DNA of 64,000 bases from an uncultured virus (IMG/VR IMGVR_UViG_3300026479_000007) (lineage: Duplodnaviria; Heunggongvirae; Uroviricota; Caudoviricetes), in IMG/VR virus record IMGVR_UViG_3300026479_000007, positions 62,001-126,000 of that record; one strand, 5' to 3'. Positions 36,967 to 45,507 of this stretch are shown here, in pieces (positions within the stretch are counted from its first letter, which is position 1; every line of letters starts with the position of its first letter). The notes below the pieces were generated by a model that was given only the letters and a program-made list of their open reading frames with translations, had not been told where the DNA came from and searched no databases. Position numbers and translations under genes: made by a program.

Positions 36967-38526
36967 ATGAGTGAATTATTAAACAGCGGTAATGTTGGTT
37001 TAACAAACTTAAGAAGTCTTTCAGAACAAAGAAGAGAAATCGTTGGAAACTGGGACAAGTCAGGACTTTTAGAAGGTCTTAACGGTGCAAAAAAATCAAA
37101 CATTGCTCAATTATTAGAAAACCAAGCGTCTCACATGTTAAATGAGGTGACACTTGATTCATCTGCAGGTCGTTTTGACACTGTAGCATTCCCAATGGTT
37201 AGAAGAATTTTCTCTAGATTATTGGCAAACGAAATCGTATCTGTACAACCATTAGCACTTCCTTCAGGATTGTTATTCTATATGGATGCTAGAGTATCAA
37301 CTGATAAAGTTGCTCCTGCTAATACAGCAAACGGTCAAGCTGGTTCAACTTTTGATGGAAATTCTGCTTACGAAAGATTTTATGACAACAGAGGTCAAGC
37401 TGCTTCTTTTGGAACTGGTGCAACTGCAAATGGTACTCAACAAACTTTAGGTTCAGGTAATACTGTTGATGGTTTAGTTGAAGTTACTTTTGCTTTAGGT
37501 TCTCAATTTGATGTTAACAAACAACAATCAAGCTCAACTTTAAGATTCTCTGCTGTAACAGCTGTTGAATATGATGGAGCTGAAGTTTTCGCTGCTGGTG
37601 ATAGCGTTAAATATTACTCTCAATTACAAACTTGGGGTCAAGACCAATTTTCTGGTCAACAAGCTAAAGTTATTTTAGATGTAAGACCTGCTGGTGTTTA
37701 TGGTGCAGATTTTGATGCTTCATTATTAGCTGACTTTACTGTTATTCCTGCTTATGAAGTATTCAATGACTTAGAAGCTAAATCAGAAATGAGTGAGTTA
37801 ACAATTAGATTCTCTTCTGTAACAGTAAATACTATTACAAGAAAAATGAGAGCTCACTGGACTCCAGAATTAGCTCAAGATTTAGAAGCTTACCACAGTA
37901 TTGATGCTGAAGCTGAATTGACAGCTTTATTATCAGAAGAGGTAGCTGCTGAAATCGATAGAGAGATTATTAGAGACCTTATCAATGGGGCAATGTTCGA
38001 AGCTAGATGGGATTATGCTGGTTTAAGAAACAATGCAAACTTCTTTGGTACTCAAAAAGACTGGAACCAAACTTTAATCACTAAAGTAAACGAAATTTCA
38101 GCTCAAATCCACAAAGCTACTTTAAGAGGTGGTGCTAACTGGATTATCTGTTCTGCTGAAGCTGGTGCTATCTTTGATGATTTAGAATACTTCCACGTAG
38201 ATGGTTCTGCTCAGCCAGAAGCTGAAAAATATAACTTAGGTATCGAGAAAATCGGTAACTTAGGAAACAGATATGTTGTTTATAAAGACCCTTATATGCC
38301 TGCAAACATCGTTCTTTGTGGACATAAAGGAGATACTTTCTTAGAAGCTGGTTATGTTTATGCACCGTACATTCCGTTGCAATTAACACAAACTATCTAT
38401 GACCCTAACGATTTCACTCCTAGAAAAGGAATTATGACTCGTTACGCTAAGAAGATGGTTAACAACCGTTTCTACGGAGTTATTTCAATCGATAACATCA
38501 ACACTTACCAACAAGTTTATAACTAA
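36967..38526 (+). CDS. gp23: Major capsid protein, T4 gp23-like
   Basis: LLENQ, PMVRR, VSVQP, TRKMRAHWTPELAQDL, EIDREII, YAPYIPL, PRKGIMTRY. Confidence 0.97.
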   Translation: MSELLNSGNVGLTNLRSLSEQRREIVGNWDKSGLLEGLNGAKKSNIAQLLENQASHMLNEVTLDSSAGRFDTVAFPMVRRIFSRLLANEIVSVQPLALPSGLLFYMDARVSTDKVAPANTANGQAGSTFDGNSAYERFYDNRGQAASFGTGATANGTQQTLGSGNTVDGLVEVTFALGSQFDVNKQQSSSTLRFSAVTAVEYDGAEVFAAGDSVKYYSQLQTWGQDQFSGQQAKVILDVRPAGVYGADFDASLLADFTVIPAYEVFNDLEAKSEMSELTIRFSSVTVNTITRKMRAHWTPELAQDLEAYHSIDAEAELTALLSEEVAAEIDREIIRDLINGAMFEARWDYAGLRNNANFFGTQKDWNQTLITKVNEISAQIHKATLRGGANWIICSAEAGAIFDDLEYFHVDGSAQPEAEKYNLGIEKIGNLGNRYVVYKDPYMPANIVLCGHKGDTFLEAGYVYAPYIPLQLTQTIYDPNDFTPRKGIMTRYAKKMVNNRFYGVISIDNINTYQQVYN

Positions 38527-38566
38527 GATAATTAGTTAAAACTTTATAAGTAAGTTTGAAATAATT

Positions 38567-38597
38567 AAGAGGCTAACAATGTTAGCCTCTTTTTTTT
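38567..38597 (+). terminator. Intrinsic terminator after MCP
   Basis: AAGAGGCTAAC-AAT-GTTAGCCTCTT plus T-tract. Confidence 0.9.
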
Positions 38598-38655
38598 GTT
38601 ATAAATTTTATGCCTAATTTAGGTTTTATGACTTTTTTAAGTTATATTTACAAAT

Positions 38656-40131
38656 ATGAAAGTTTTAATTTGCAAAATAACACAAAAAGAATTTAATGAT
38701 ATAGAAAATAAAAGTGGTTGTATTACTAATCATTTAAAAACTCTATCTATCAAAGTTGAATCTTCTTATAAAAGAAGGAAATATTTAAAAGAAAAAGGAG
38801 AATATTGGCATTTTAAATATTTTGATTTAATAGAAAAGGAAGAAAAAAATAAATTCAAATGTAAATATTGTAATTGGAACACATTAGATATAGAAAATTC
38901 AAGTGGACAATATACTTTACATTTAAAGAAAGTGCACAACAAAAACATCGAAGAATATTTAAAAGATTTCCCAGAAGAATCTATAAAATTTAAAACTTTT
39001 ATAAAAAATAAAGAAAAAAATTTAGAAACTATAAAAGAAGGTAATTTTGTTACTTGTAAAATATGTAATAAAAAAGTAAGATATTTAACAAATACACATT
39101 TAAAAAAACACAATTTAAACCTTGAAACATATAAATTAAGATTTCCAAAAGAACAATATGCAAGTAGTTCTTTTAAAGATAAAGCAGGTGAAATTTTAAA
39201 AAAAGCTTCTCAAAAAATAGAAAAAACTTTTGTTTCAAAACCAGAATTAGAATTAAAATATTTTTTAGAAAATGACTTAAATTTAAAAATATTAAAAAAC
39301 AATAGAAAAATTTTTAATGGTATGGAAATAGATATAATAATACCAGACAAAAAAATTTGTATAGAATTCAATGGAAATCTTTATCATTCAGAAAATTATG
39401 GCAAAAAAAATAGAAATTTTCATTTAAGTAAATCTGAAATATGTTTTAAAAAAGGCTATAAATTAATTCATATTTTTGAAGATGAATGGTTTTTGAAAAA
39501 TAATATTGTAAAAGAGAAAATAAAAAATATCTTAAAAACTAAAAATAAGCCATCGATTTTTGCTAGAAAATGTATTATAAAAGAGATAACATCAAAAGAA
39601 AAAGGGATTTTTTTAGAAAAAAATCATATACAAGGCAATGATAAAAGTGAAATAAAACTAGGAGCTTTATATGAAGGTAAATTAGTTTCTGTTATTACTT
39701 TATCTAACAAAAGAAATATGGTTTCAAAAATAAAAGATGAAAATTATGAAATAAAAAGATTTGCTTCAGATATTAATTATAATGTAGTTGGAATATTTTC
39801 TAAATTTATTTATTTTATTTCAAATAATTATGAATTTAATAATCTTTTTACTTTTTTAGACTTAAGATGGAATTTTGATAAAGAAAATAATGTTTATGCT
39901 AAAAATGATTTCAAATTGAAAAAAGTAATAAATCCAGATTACACATATTATAATTCTAAAGTTTCAAAATATAATAGATTTCATAAATTTTTATTTGGAA
40001 AAAATAAAATATCAAAAAAATTCCCAGAAATATATGATAAAAATAAAACAGAATGGCAAATGATGCAAGAATTAGGTTATGATAGAATATGGGATTGTGG
40101 AAAAGCTAAATTTGAGTTTAAAAAATATTAA
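38656..40131 (+). CDS. Hef-like free-standing endonuclease (C2H2 zinc fingers, PD-(D/E)xK domain, C-terminal GNAT-like domain)
   Basis: CKYC..H..H and CKIC..HLKKH fingers; EIDIIIPDKKICIEFNGNLYHS; NHIQG...EIKRFAS...IWDCG. Confidence 0.75.
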   Translation: MKVLICKITQKEFNDIENKSGCITNHLKTLSIKVESSYKRRKYLKEKGEYWHFKYFDLIEKEEKNKFKCKYCNWNTLDIENSSGQYTLHLKKVHNKNIEEYLKDFPEESIKFKTFIKNKEKNLETIKEGNFVTCKICNKKVRYLTNTHLKKHNLNLETYKLRFPKEQYASSSFKDKAGEILKKASQKIEKTFVSKPELELKYFLENDLNLKILKNNRKIFNGMEIDIIIPDKKICIEFNGNLYHSENYGKKNRNFHLSKSEICFKKGYKLIHIFEDEWFLKNNIVKEKIKNILKTKNKPSIFARKCIIKEITSKEKGIFLEKNHIQGNDKSEIKLGALYEGKLVSVITLSNKRNMVSKIKDENYEIKRFASDINYNVVGIFSKFIYFISNNYEFNNLFTFLDLRWNFDKENNVYAKNDFKLKKVINPDYTYYNSKVSKYNRFHKFLFGKNKISKKFPEIYDKNKTEWQMMQELGYDRIWDCGKAKFEFKKY

Positions 40132-40174
40132 TTTTATTCTTTAATATTTATAATATATTTATAAAAAAGATGTT

Positions 40175-40531
40175 ATGGATTACATTAAGATAGGTATTGG
40201 GTCAGCATTTTTATTTGTTGCACAACTATTAGTTTGGTTTCAAATCTATGCGCCTGTTAAAGTAGAATGGTTTAAGAATAAGAGTTCATGGTTTCCATAT
40301 ATTATAGCTATCCCAATCTCCTTTATGTTTATTAAAGGTGTTGAGTATATTGTATTAGGTACTGGTGGTACTATGTGGCCATCACGTATTATAGGTTTCT
40401 GTTTGGGTATAATATCTTTTGCATTTTTAACATCACATTTCAACAATGAACCAATAAATTTAAAAACAGGTGTATGTATATTTCTTTGTGTTTGTATCTT
40501 AGCAATACAAATGTTATGGAAAACTAAATAA
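40175..40531 (+). CDS. Small membrane protein (4 TM, DMT/SMR-like)
   Basis: Four hydrophobic segments in 118 aa. Confidence 0.6.
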   Translation: MDYIKIGIGSAFLFVAQLLVWFQIYAPVKVEWFKNKSSWFPYIIAIPISFMFIKGVEYIVLGTGGTMWPSRIIGFCLGIISFAFLTSHFNNEPINLKTGVCIFLCVCILAIQMLWKTK

Positions 40532-40571
40532 CTTATTTTATTTTTATAATATTTATATAACAAAAGATATT

Positions 40572-41855
40572 ATGAAATTATTTCTTTCACAAATTCAAGA
40601 CATAGATAAAATGCCTTATTACCTTAATAGGTTAGGTGAATTAAATATTGAAGATAATAATGTAGTATTAAATTATCAACTAAGTGGAAATACATCTAAT
40701 AAAGGTATAGGTGCTGGTTTAACTATACAAGATGGTGATGCTTTAGGTAATGATGTTACATTTAGAATAGCTTCATTAAATGTATTAACTAACAATCAGT
40801 TAAACATAAGTGAATATAATTCTAGTAGTGGATATACAAATTTAGGTTTTGCAACAGAATTGAATGATATTGTTTTGTGTAATAGTTCAAACTCTTCTTT
40901 GGATGGAGTTAGAGTAATTAAAGAAACAGATGTTGTTAATGGTGGTACTATAAGTGGTGAAACTTCTTATAGTGGAAGTAATAGATTTTTTAAATTTTTA
41001 GTTAAATCTTCAGAACAAAGCGGTTTAACACCTTCAGTAAGCGACTTACTACCTGGTGAGTTAATGTTAAATATTGCAGATGGGAAACTTTTTACTTTAA
41101 AAGGTGTCGATGGCAATTATGAAGTTGTAGAGATAGGTTCTTCTTCAATTTCAATTTTAAGTTCTAATAGTGGAATTACTTATTCTGGAGAAACTTCTGG
41201 AAGTACATCGGGAGATACATCAGGAAGTACATCAGGAAGTACATCGGGAAGTACATCAGGAAGTACATCGGGAAGTACATCGGGAGGTACAAATTCACCA
41301 GTAATACAAAATTTAATTTGGACATCATCAGTTGGGACAAGTAATGAAGAAAGATATCCTGCATATGGATATTATGATTATTCACACTCTATGTTTATAA
41401 TTAGAGCTTCAGAAATAGGCTCTGGAAGTAAAATATTACATGGTTTAGAAATAGAAGTTGGTGGATATACACCAGGTTACACTTTTAATAATCAAACTAT
41501 AAAATTAGCTCATATTAGCGATTTAGAATTTGGAAGTAATGTTAAAGTGGATTTAACAAATATTAATGACGTTTCTAACTTAACAACTGTTAAATCAAAT
41601 TTTAACTGGACTATAAACAATTCTGGTTATCAATCTATAGATTTCGATAATAACTTTGAATATAACGGAAATGATAGTTTATTGATAATTTGGGAAAATA
41701 GAGATGCTAATTGGGGGTCTGGTTTTGGATGGGCTGAATGTCATTTTGATAACACTTATTATGATTCATGGTATAGTTATCAAGATAATTCATATCCATC
41801 TGGATATGGAACAAGAGACCAATCATATAGACCTAACTTTAAAATAAAATACTAA
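40572..41855 (+). CDS. Fibre/decoration protein with Mtd_N-like motif, Ser/Gly/Thr linker and C-terminal beta domain
   Basis: TPSVSDLLPGELMLNIADGKLF; (SGST)n linker; aromatic-rich C-terminal domain. Confidence 0.6.
   Translation: MKLFLSQIQDIDKMPYYLNRLGELNIEDNNVVLNYQLSGNTSNKGIGAGLTIQDGDALGNDVTFRIASLNVLTNNQLNISEYNSSSGYTNLGFATELNDIVLCNSSNSSLDGVRVIKETDVVNGGTISGETSYSGSNRFFKFLVKSSEQSGLTPSVSDLLPGELMLNIADGKLFTLKGVDGNYEVVEIGSSSISILSSNSGITYSGETSGSTSGDTSGSTSGSTSGSTSGSTSGSTSGGTNSPVIQNLIWTSSVGTSNEERYPAYGYYDYSHSMFIIRASEIGSGSKILHGLEIEVGGYTPGYTFNNQTIKLAHISDLEFGSNVKVDLTNINDVSNLTTVKSNFNWTINNSGYQSIDFDNNFEYNGNDSLLIIWENRDANWGSGFGWAECHFDNTYYDSWYSYQDNSYPSGYGTRDQSYRPNFKIKY
41199..41291 (+). repeat. 12-bp tandem repeat x7 plus partial (GSTS)
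   Basis: GGAAGTACATC(A/G) units, one variant GGAGATACATCA. Confidence 0.95.
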
Positions 41856-41857
41856 TT

Positions 41858-42085
41858 ATGGCAATAGATAATCAAGCTTTAGAAAATGATTTAAATAATT
41901 ATGGAAACGTTATTGTTTGTAGAGAAAATAACATAAAATCATATATTATTGTAATGGAAAATGTTATTACAGATGTTACAACTCTTAAAAGTTTAATAGA
42001 TAACTATTTAATTTTAGAATATCCAACAATAAAAGATATAACATTAATAGATAGCACTTTTAAGTGTTTATATGTAAACTACTAA
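41858..42085 (+). CDS. Small hypothetical protein (possible fibre chaperone)
   Basis: 75 aa, 2 nt after the fibre gene stop. Confidence 0.6.
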   Translation: MAIDNQALENDLNNYGNVIVCRENNIKSYIIVMENVITDVTTLKSLIDNYLILEYPTIKDITLIDSTFKCLYVNY

Positions 42086-42086
42086 C

Positions 42087-42113
42087 AAAAAAGCCCTAAT
42101 TAGGGCTTTTTTT
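42087..42113. terminator. Bidirectional intrinsic terminator
   Basis: A6-GCCCTA-AT-TAGGGC-T7 between convergent genes. Confidence 0.85.
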
Positions 42114-42630
42114 ATTCATTTCTCAAAATTGAACTCATATCATTAAAAGATATTTTATTTTTATCTAATATAATTTTTGCTTTTTCAGTTTTTTGGTTGT
42201 AATTAACTAAAACCTTCTTATTTGTAAATTCTCTATAAAATTCTTTGAAATTATAAATACATTCATAAGTGCTGTCATTCAATTTATTCCATTTAACCAT
42301 TTTAAAAGTTTTATCTCTACCTTCTCCTATTCTTGGAAAATTTTTAATACTTTTACAATAATTTTTGATATCATAAAATTCTTTTCCATTTTCAATTAAG
42401 CACATATTAACCATTTGTTCATATTGAGAATATTTTTTATAACTTAAAAATATAGTTAATATATCTGAACCATTAATTAAAGAAGGATTAAATTCTTTTT
42501 TTGTTTCTTTTTTTAATAATTTCACATTTTTTAAATTATCTTGTTTTATCTCTACAGATTCATTAACATCTTTATGTGTACAAGATACTGTTAATAAAAT
42601 TAAAATAATTAAACTAAATATTTTTTTCAT
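42112..42630 (-). CDS. Putative lipoprotein
   Basis: MKKIFSLIILILLTVSC signal peptide with lipobox Cys. Confidence 0.7.
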   Translation of the reverse strand: MKKIFSLIILILLTVSCTHKDVNESVEIKQDNLKNVKLLKKETKKEFNPSLINGSDILTIFLSYKKYSQYEQMVNMCLIENGKEFYDIKNYCKSIKNFPRIGEGRDKTFKMVKWNKLNDSTYECIYNFKEFYREFTNKKVLVNYNQKTEKAKIILDKNKISFNDMSSILRNE

Positions 42631-42660
42631 TTTTTTTATTTTTAATGGTTTATATTTTTA

Positions 42661-42687
42661 TAACGTATTTTTTTTTAAAATATTACA
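42661..42687 (-). promoter_or_regulatory. ECF-sigma-like promoter TGTAAT-N16-CGTTA
   Basis: Same motif and spacing as 43173-43199; 30 nt upstream of ATG 42630. Confidence 0.55.
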
Positions 42688-43147
42688 ATGAAGATTCAAC
42701 TTTATTCATTTCATCTCTTATTTGAGCTGCTAATTCATAATTTTCTGTCGAAATAGCCATTTCTAATTTTTCTTCATTTGTCAACTCAACTTCTTCCTCT
42801 TCTTTTAAACCAATTTCATTTGATTCTAAAAATTTATTCATAATTGACATAAATTTTTTTGATTCTGAATGTTCGTTTGTTATGTAACCCCTAAAATCAA
42901 AAACATTCAAATTATCAGTTATATCAATAATTGTATAAGCAGAATGAAGAGGTAAGTCATGAAATATTTCATCTATTTTTTCAATTCCTTCAGAAAAAAC
43001 AAAATAAATAGTACTTCCAGCACGAACATAATTTATTTCATTAGAATCAAAAAAGTTTTCAATTAAATTTTCTAAATCAAAAATAATTTCAGTAGGTTCA
43101 GAACCAAAAATTGTTGCAATATAAAATCTTTCTTCTTGACAATTCAT
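42683..43147 (-). CDS. UVR (UvrB/UvrC motif) domain protein
   Basis: C-terminal EKLEMAISTENYELAAQIRDEM. Confidence 0.8.
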   Translation of the reverse strand: MNCQEERFYIATIFGSEPTEIIFDLENLIENFFDSNEINYVRAGSTIYFVFSEGIEKIDEIFHDLPLHSAYTIIDITDNLNVFDFRGYITNEHSESKKFMSIMNKFLESNEIGLKEEEEVELTNEEKLEMAISTENYELAAQIRDEMNKVESSL

Positions 43148-43172
43148 AATATTAATTTTTATTTATTTATAA

Positions 43173-43199
43173 TAACGTTTTTTTTACAAAAATATTACA
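43173..43199 (-). promoter_or_regulatory. ECF-sigma-like promoter TGTAAT-N16-CGTTA
   Basis: Same motif and spacing as 42661-42687; 25 nt upstream of ATG 43147. Confidence 0.55.
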
Positions 43200-43204
43200 T
43201 TTTT

Positions 43205-44809
43205 TTAAATTTTAAATGAATCTTTAAGTGGTGTAATCCTATTCCAGATATCTAAATTTTCTCTAACATAATATCCATTTCTTTCAAATTGAATACCAAC
43301 CCCTTCATTTTCATCATTTCCATCTATTTCCATAAAAGCATCTGTTTCAACTTTAGATTTTTCATTTAATTCATCTAAAAAGTTTTCACCAGGCTCTTCA
43401 ACATTAAAAAGTCTATCATATAAATTAACTTTAATTGGTATATTTTTATCTGCATTAACCCAATGTATAGTACCTTTCACTTTTCTTCCATCATCTGACC
43501 AACCTCCTTTAGTGTTTGGGTCATAAGTGCAAAGAAGTTCTACAATTTTACCTTCACTATCTTTAATAATATCATTACAAGTAACATAATAACCATATTT
43601 AAACCTAACTTCTCTACCTTGAGTCAATCTAAAGAATTTTTTTGGAGCATTTTCCATAAAATCTTCTCTTTCAATATATAAGTTTTTACCAAAATTTACA
43701 TATCTATATTTTTCTTCTTCAGATTCAGGATTTAATTTAGCTGGTAACATTTCATCTTCTTTATCCCAATTTGTTATTGTTACCTTTATTGGGTCAAAAA
43801 CAACCATTCTTCTATTAGCTTCTTTATTTAATACTTCTTTGATACAAGAATCAAATAAAGAATAATCGACTAAACTCTCTCTTCTAGAAATTCCTATCTT
43901 ATCACAAAAGATTTTAATTGCTTTTGCTGGTACACCTTTTCTTCTTAAACTTGATAAAGTAGGAAGTCTAGGGTCATCCCAACCATCTACAACATTTTCT
44001 TCTACTAGTTTTTTAATTTTCCTTTTACTCATAACAGTATGAGATAAATTAAGTCTAGAAAATTCTATTTGTTTTGGTTTAATTTCTCTTTCAATTAACT
44101 CATTTAAAATCCAATTATAAAGAGGTCTATGCGGTTCAAATTCTAAAGTACAAATAGAATGAGTAATACATTCAATAGCATCGGACAAACAATGAGCAAA
44201 ATCATACATAGGATATATACACCATTTATCTCCAGTTTTTTGATGGTTTTCCATTTTAATTCTGTATATAATCGGGTCTCTCATATGTACATTTGGAGAA
44301 GACATATCTATTTTAGCTCTTAAAGTCATTGCTCCATCATTAATTTGACCTTTTTTCATAGAATCAAATAAAAGCAAATTTTCTTCTACAGTTAAATTTC
44401 TATTTGGACTAGGTTTTCCTGGCTTGTCAGTTGTACCCATGTATTCTTTTATCTCTTTTGAATCTAAAGAACATACATAAGCTTTACCTTTTTTTATTAA
44501 TTCTATAGCAAAATTATAAATTTCTTCAAAATAATCTGAAGCATAAGTAATCTTGTTTGGATTTAAACCTAACCATTTAATGTTTTCAATTATAGATTTT
44601 GTATAAATGTCAGATTCATTAGAAGGATTTGTATCATCAATTCTTAAATTACATTTTCCCTTATACTTTTCTGCTAACCCAAAATTTAAAAATATAGATT
44701 TAGCATGTCCCAAATGAAGGTAACCAGAATTTTCTGGGGGGAATCTAGTTACTATTTCTTTTAAATTATCATTTTCAATTATACTTTCTATAAAATTTTT
44801 ATTTTCCAT
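43205..44809 (-). CDS. glnS: Glutaminyl-tRNA synthetase
   Basis: TRFPPE..GYLHLGHAKS, DDTNP, IYPMYDFAH, HSICTLEF, VMSKR, GWDDPRLPT, KVKGTIHWV, QFERNGY. Confidence 0.97.
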   Translation of the reverse strand: MENKNFIESIIENDNLKEIVTRFPPENSGYLHLGHAKSIFLNFGLAEKYKGKCNLRIDDTNPSNESDIYTKSIIENIKWLGLNPNKITYASDYFEEIYNFAIELIKKGKAYVCSLDSKEIKEYMGTTDKPGKPSPNRNLTVEENLLLFDSMKKGQINDGAMTLRAKIDMSSPNVHMRDPIIYRIKMENHQKTGDKWCIYPMYDFAHCLSDAIECITHSICTLEFEPHRPLYNWILNELIEREIKPKQIEFSRLNLSHTVMSKRKIKKLVEENVVDGWDDPRLPTLSSLRRKGVPAKAIKIFCDKIGISRRESLVDYSLFDSCIKEVLNKEANRRMVVFDPIKVTITNWDKEDEMLPAKLNPESEEEKYRYVNFGKNLYIEREDFMENAPKKFFRLTQGREVRFKYGYYVTCNDIIKDSEGKIVELLCTYDPNTKGGWSDDGRKVKGTIHWVNADKNIPIKVNLYDRLFNVEEPGENFLDELNEKSKVETDAFMEIDGNDENEGVGIQFERNGYYVRENLDIWNRITPLKDSFKI

Positions 44810-44820
44810 TTATTTTTTTT

Positions 44821-45207
44821 TTAATCTATGTCAAATTTATAAAAAATTTTCTTACCAAAAAAGTTTTTTATCTCTGGCATTTTAGTATCACCTATAGTTT
44901 CATCATTTATTTCAGATATATGAAGTTCGTCACATAAATGAATTGTTGATTCATAAATTTTTTTTCCACCTATAATCCAATCTGGTTTTTGTTCAAGTGC
45001 TTCCTCTAAAGTATTATAACCTTTCCCTACAACAATTAATTCCCTTCCTTTTAGGGGGGGTAAAGTTTCATAAGTTTTTCTACCTACAAGTAACTTGCAA
45101 CCCATAGTCATTTTTTTAAAATGATTTAAATCATCTTTACATTTCCAAGGTAAACTCTCTTCTTTACCTATATACCCCAATTTGTTTACTGCAATTATAG
45201 CTTTCAT
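44821..45207 (-). CDS. folA: Dihydrofolate reductase (short)
   Basis: IGKEESLPW..DLNHFKKMT, GRKTYETL, IIGGKKIY, GDT. Confidence 0.9.
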   Translation of the reverse strand: MKAIIAVNKLGYIGKEESLPWKCKDDLNHFKKMTMGCKLLVGRKTYETLPPLKGRELIVVGKGYNTLEEALEQKPDWIIGGKKIYESTIHLCDELHISEINDETIGDTKMPEIKNFFGKKIFYKFDID

Positions 45208-45222
45208 ATATTTTTAAATTAT

Positions 45223-45258
45223 AAAAAAAAACACAACCATTAATGATTGTGTTTTTTT
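45223..45258 (-). terminator. Intrinsic terminator after tRNA cluster
   Basis: A-tract/CACAACCAT...ATGATTGTG/T-tract hairpin. Confidence 0.7.
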
Positions 45259-45259
45259 G

Positions 45260-45332
45260 TTGACCTACTAGGTTTCGAACCTAGACTCTTCTGAACCAAA
45301 ATCAGATGTGTTACCAGTTACACCATAGGTCA
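45260..45332 (-). tRNA. tRNA-Gln(UUG)
   Basis: TGACCTATGGTGTAACTGGTAACACATCTGA-TTTTGGT-TCAGAAGAGTCTAGGTTCGAAACCTAGTAGGTCAA cloverleaf; CCA not encoded. Confidence 0.95.
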
Positions 45333-45337
45333 TTTTG

Positions 45338-45411
45338 CGGTCTGGATGAGATTCGAACTCACGACCCTCTGCGTGACAGGCAGATATTCTAACCATCTGA
45401 ACTACCAGACC
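45338..45411 (-). tRNA. tRNA-Asp(GUC)
   Basis: GGTCTGGTAGTTCAGATGGTTAGAATATCTGC-CTGTCAC-GCAGAGGGTCGTGAGTTCGAATCTCATCCAGACCG. Confidence 0.95.
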
Positions 45412-45486
45412 TGGTAGCCCATAGGAGAATCGAACTCCTGTTTCCAGGATGAAAACCTGGCGTCCTAACCACTAGACGAATGGGCC
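45412..45486 (-). tRNA. tRNA-Glu(UUC)
   Basis: GGCCCATTCGTCTAGTGGTTAGGACGCCAGG-TTTTCAT-CCTGGAAACAGGAGTTCGATTCTCCTATGGGCTACCA; encoded CCA abuts tRNA-Asp. Confidence 0.95.
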
Positions 45487-45507
45487 TTTAGATTATATAA
45501 ATATAAA

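Noticed and set aside
36967..40131. Intron or intein in the MCP associated with the endonuclease
   Set aside because: The MCP ORF is uninterrupted and ends before a clear terminator; the endonuclease is free-standing.
41199..41291. Possible CRISPR array or iterons
   Set aside because: The units are contiguous 12-mers without spacers and are in frame within a CDS; the 15-mers at 35927 are likewise. No cas genes seen.
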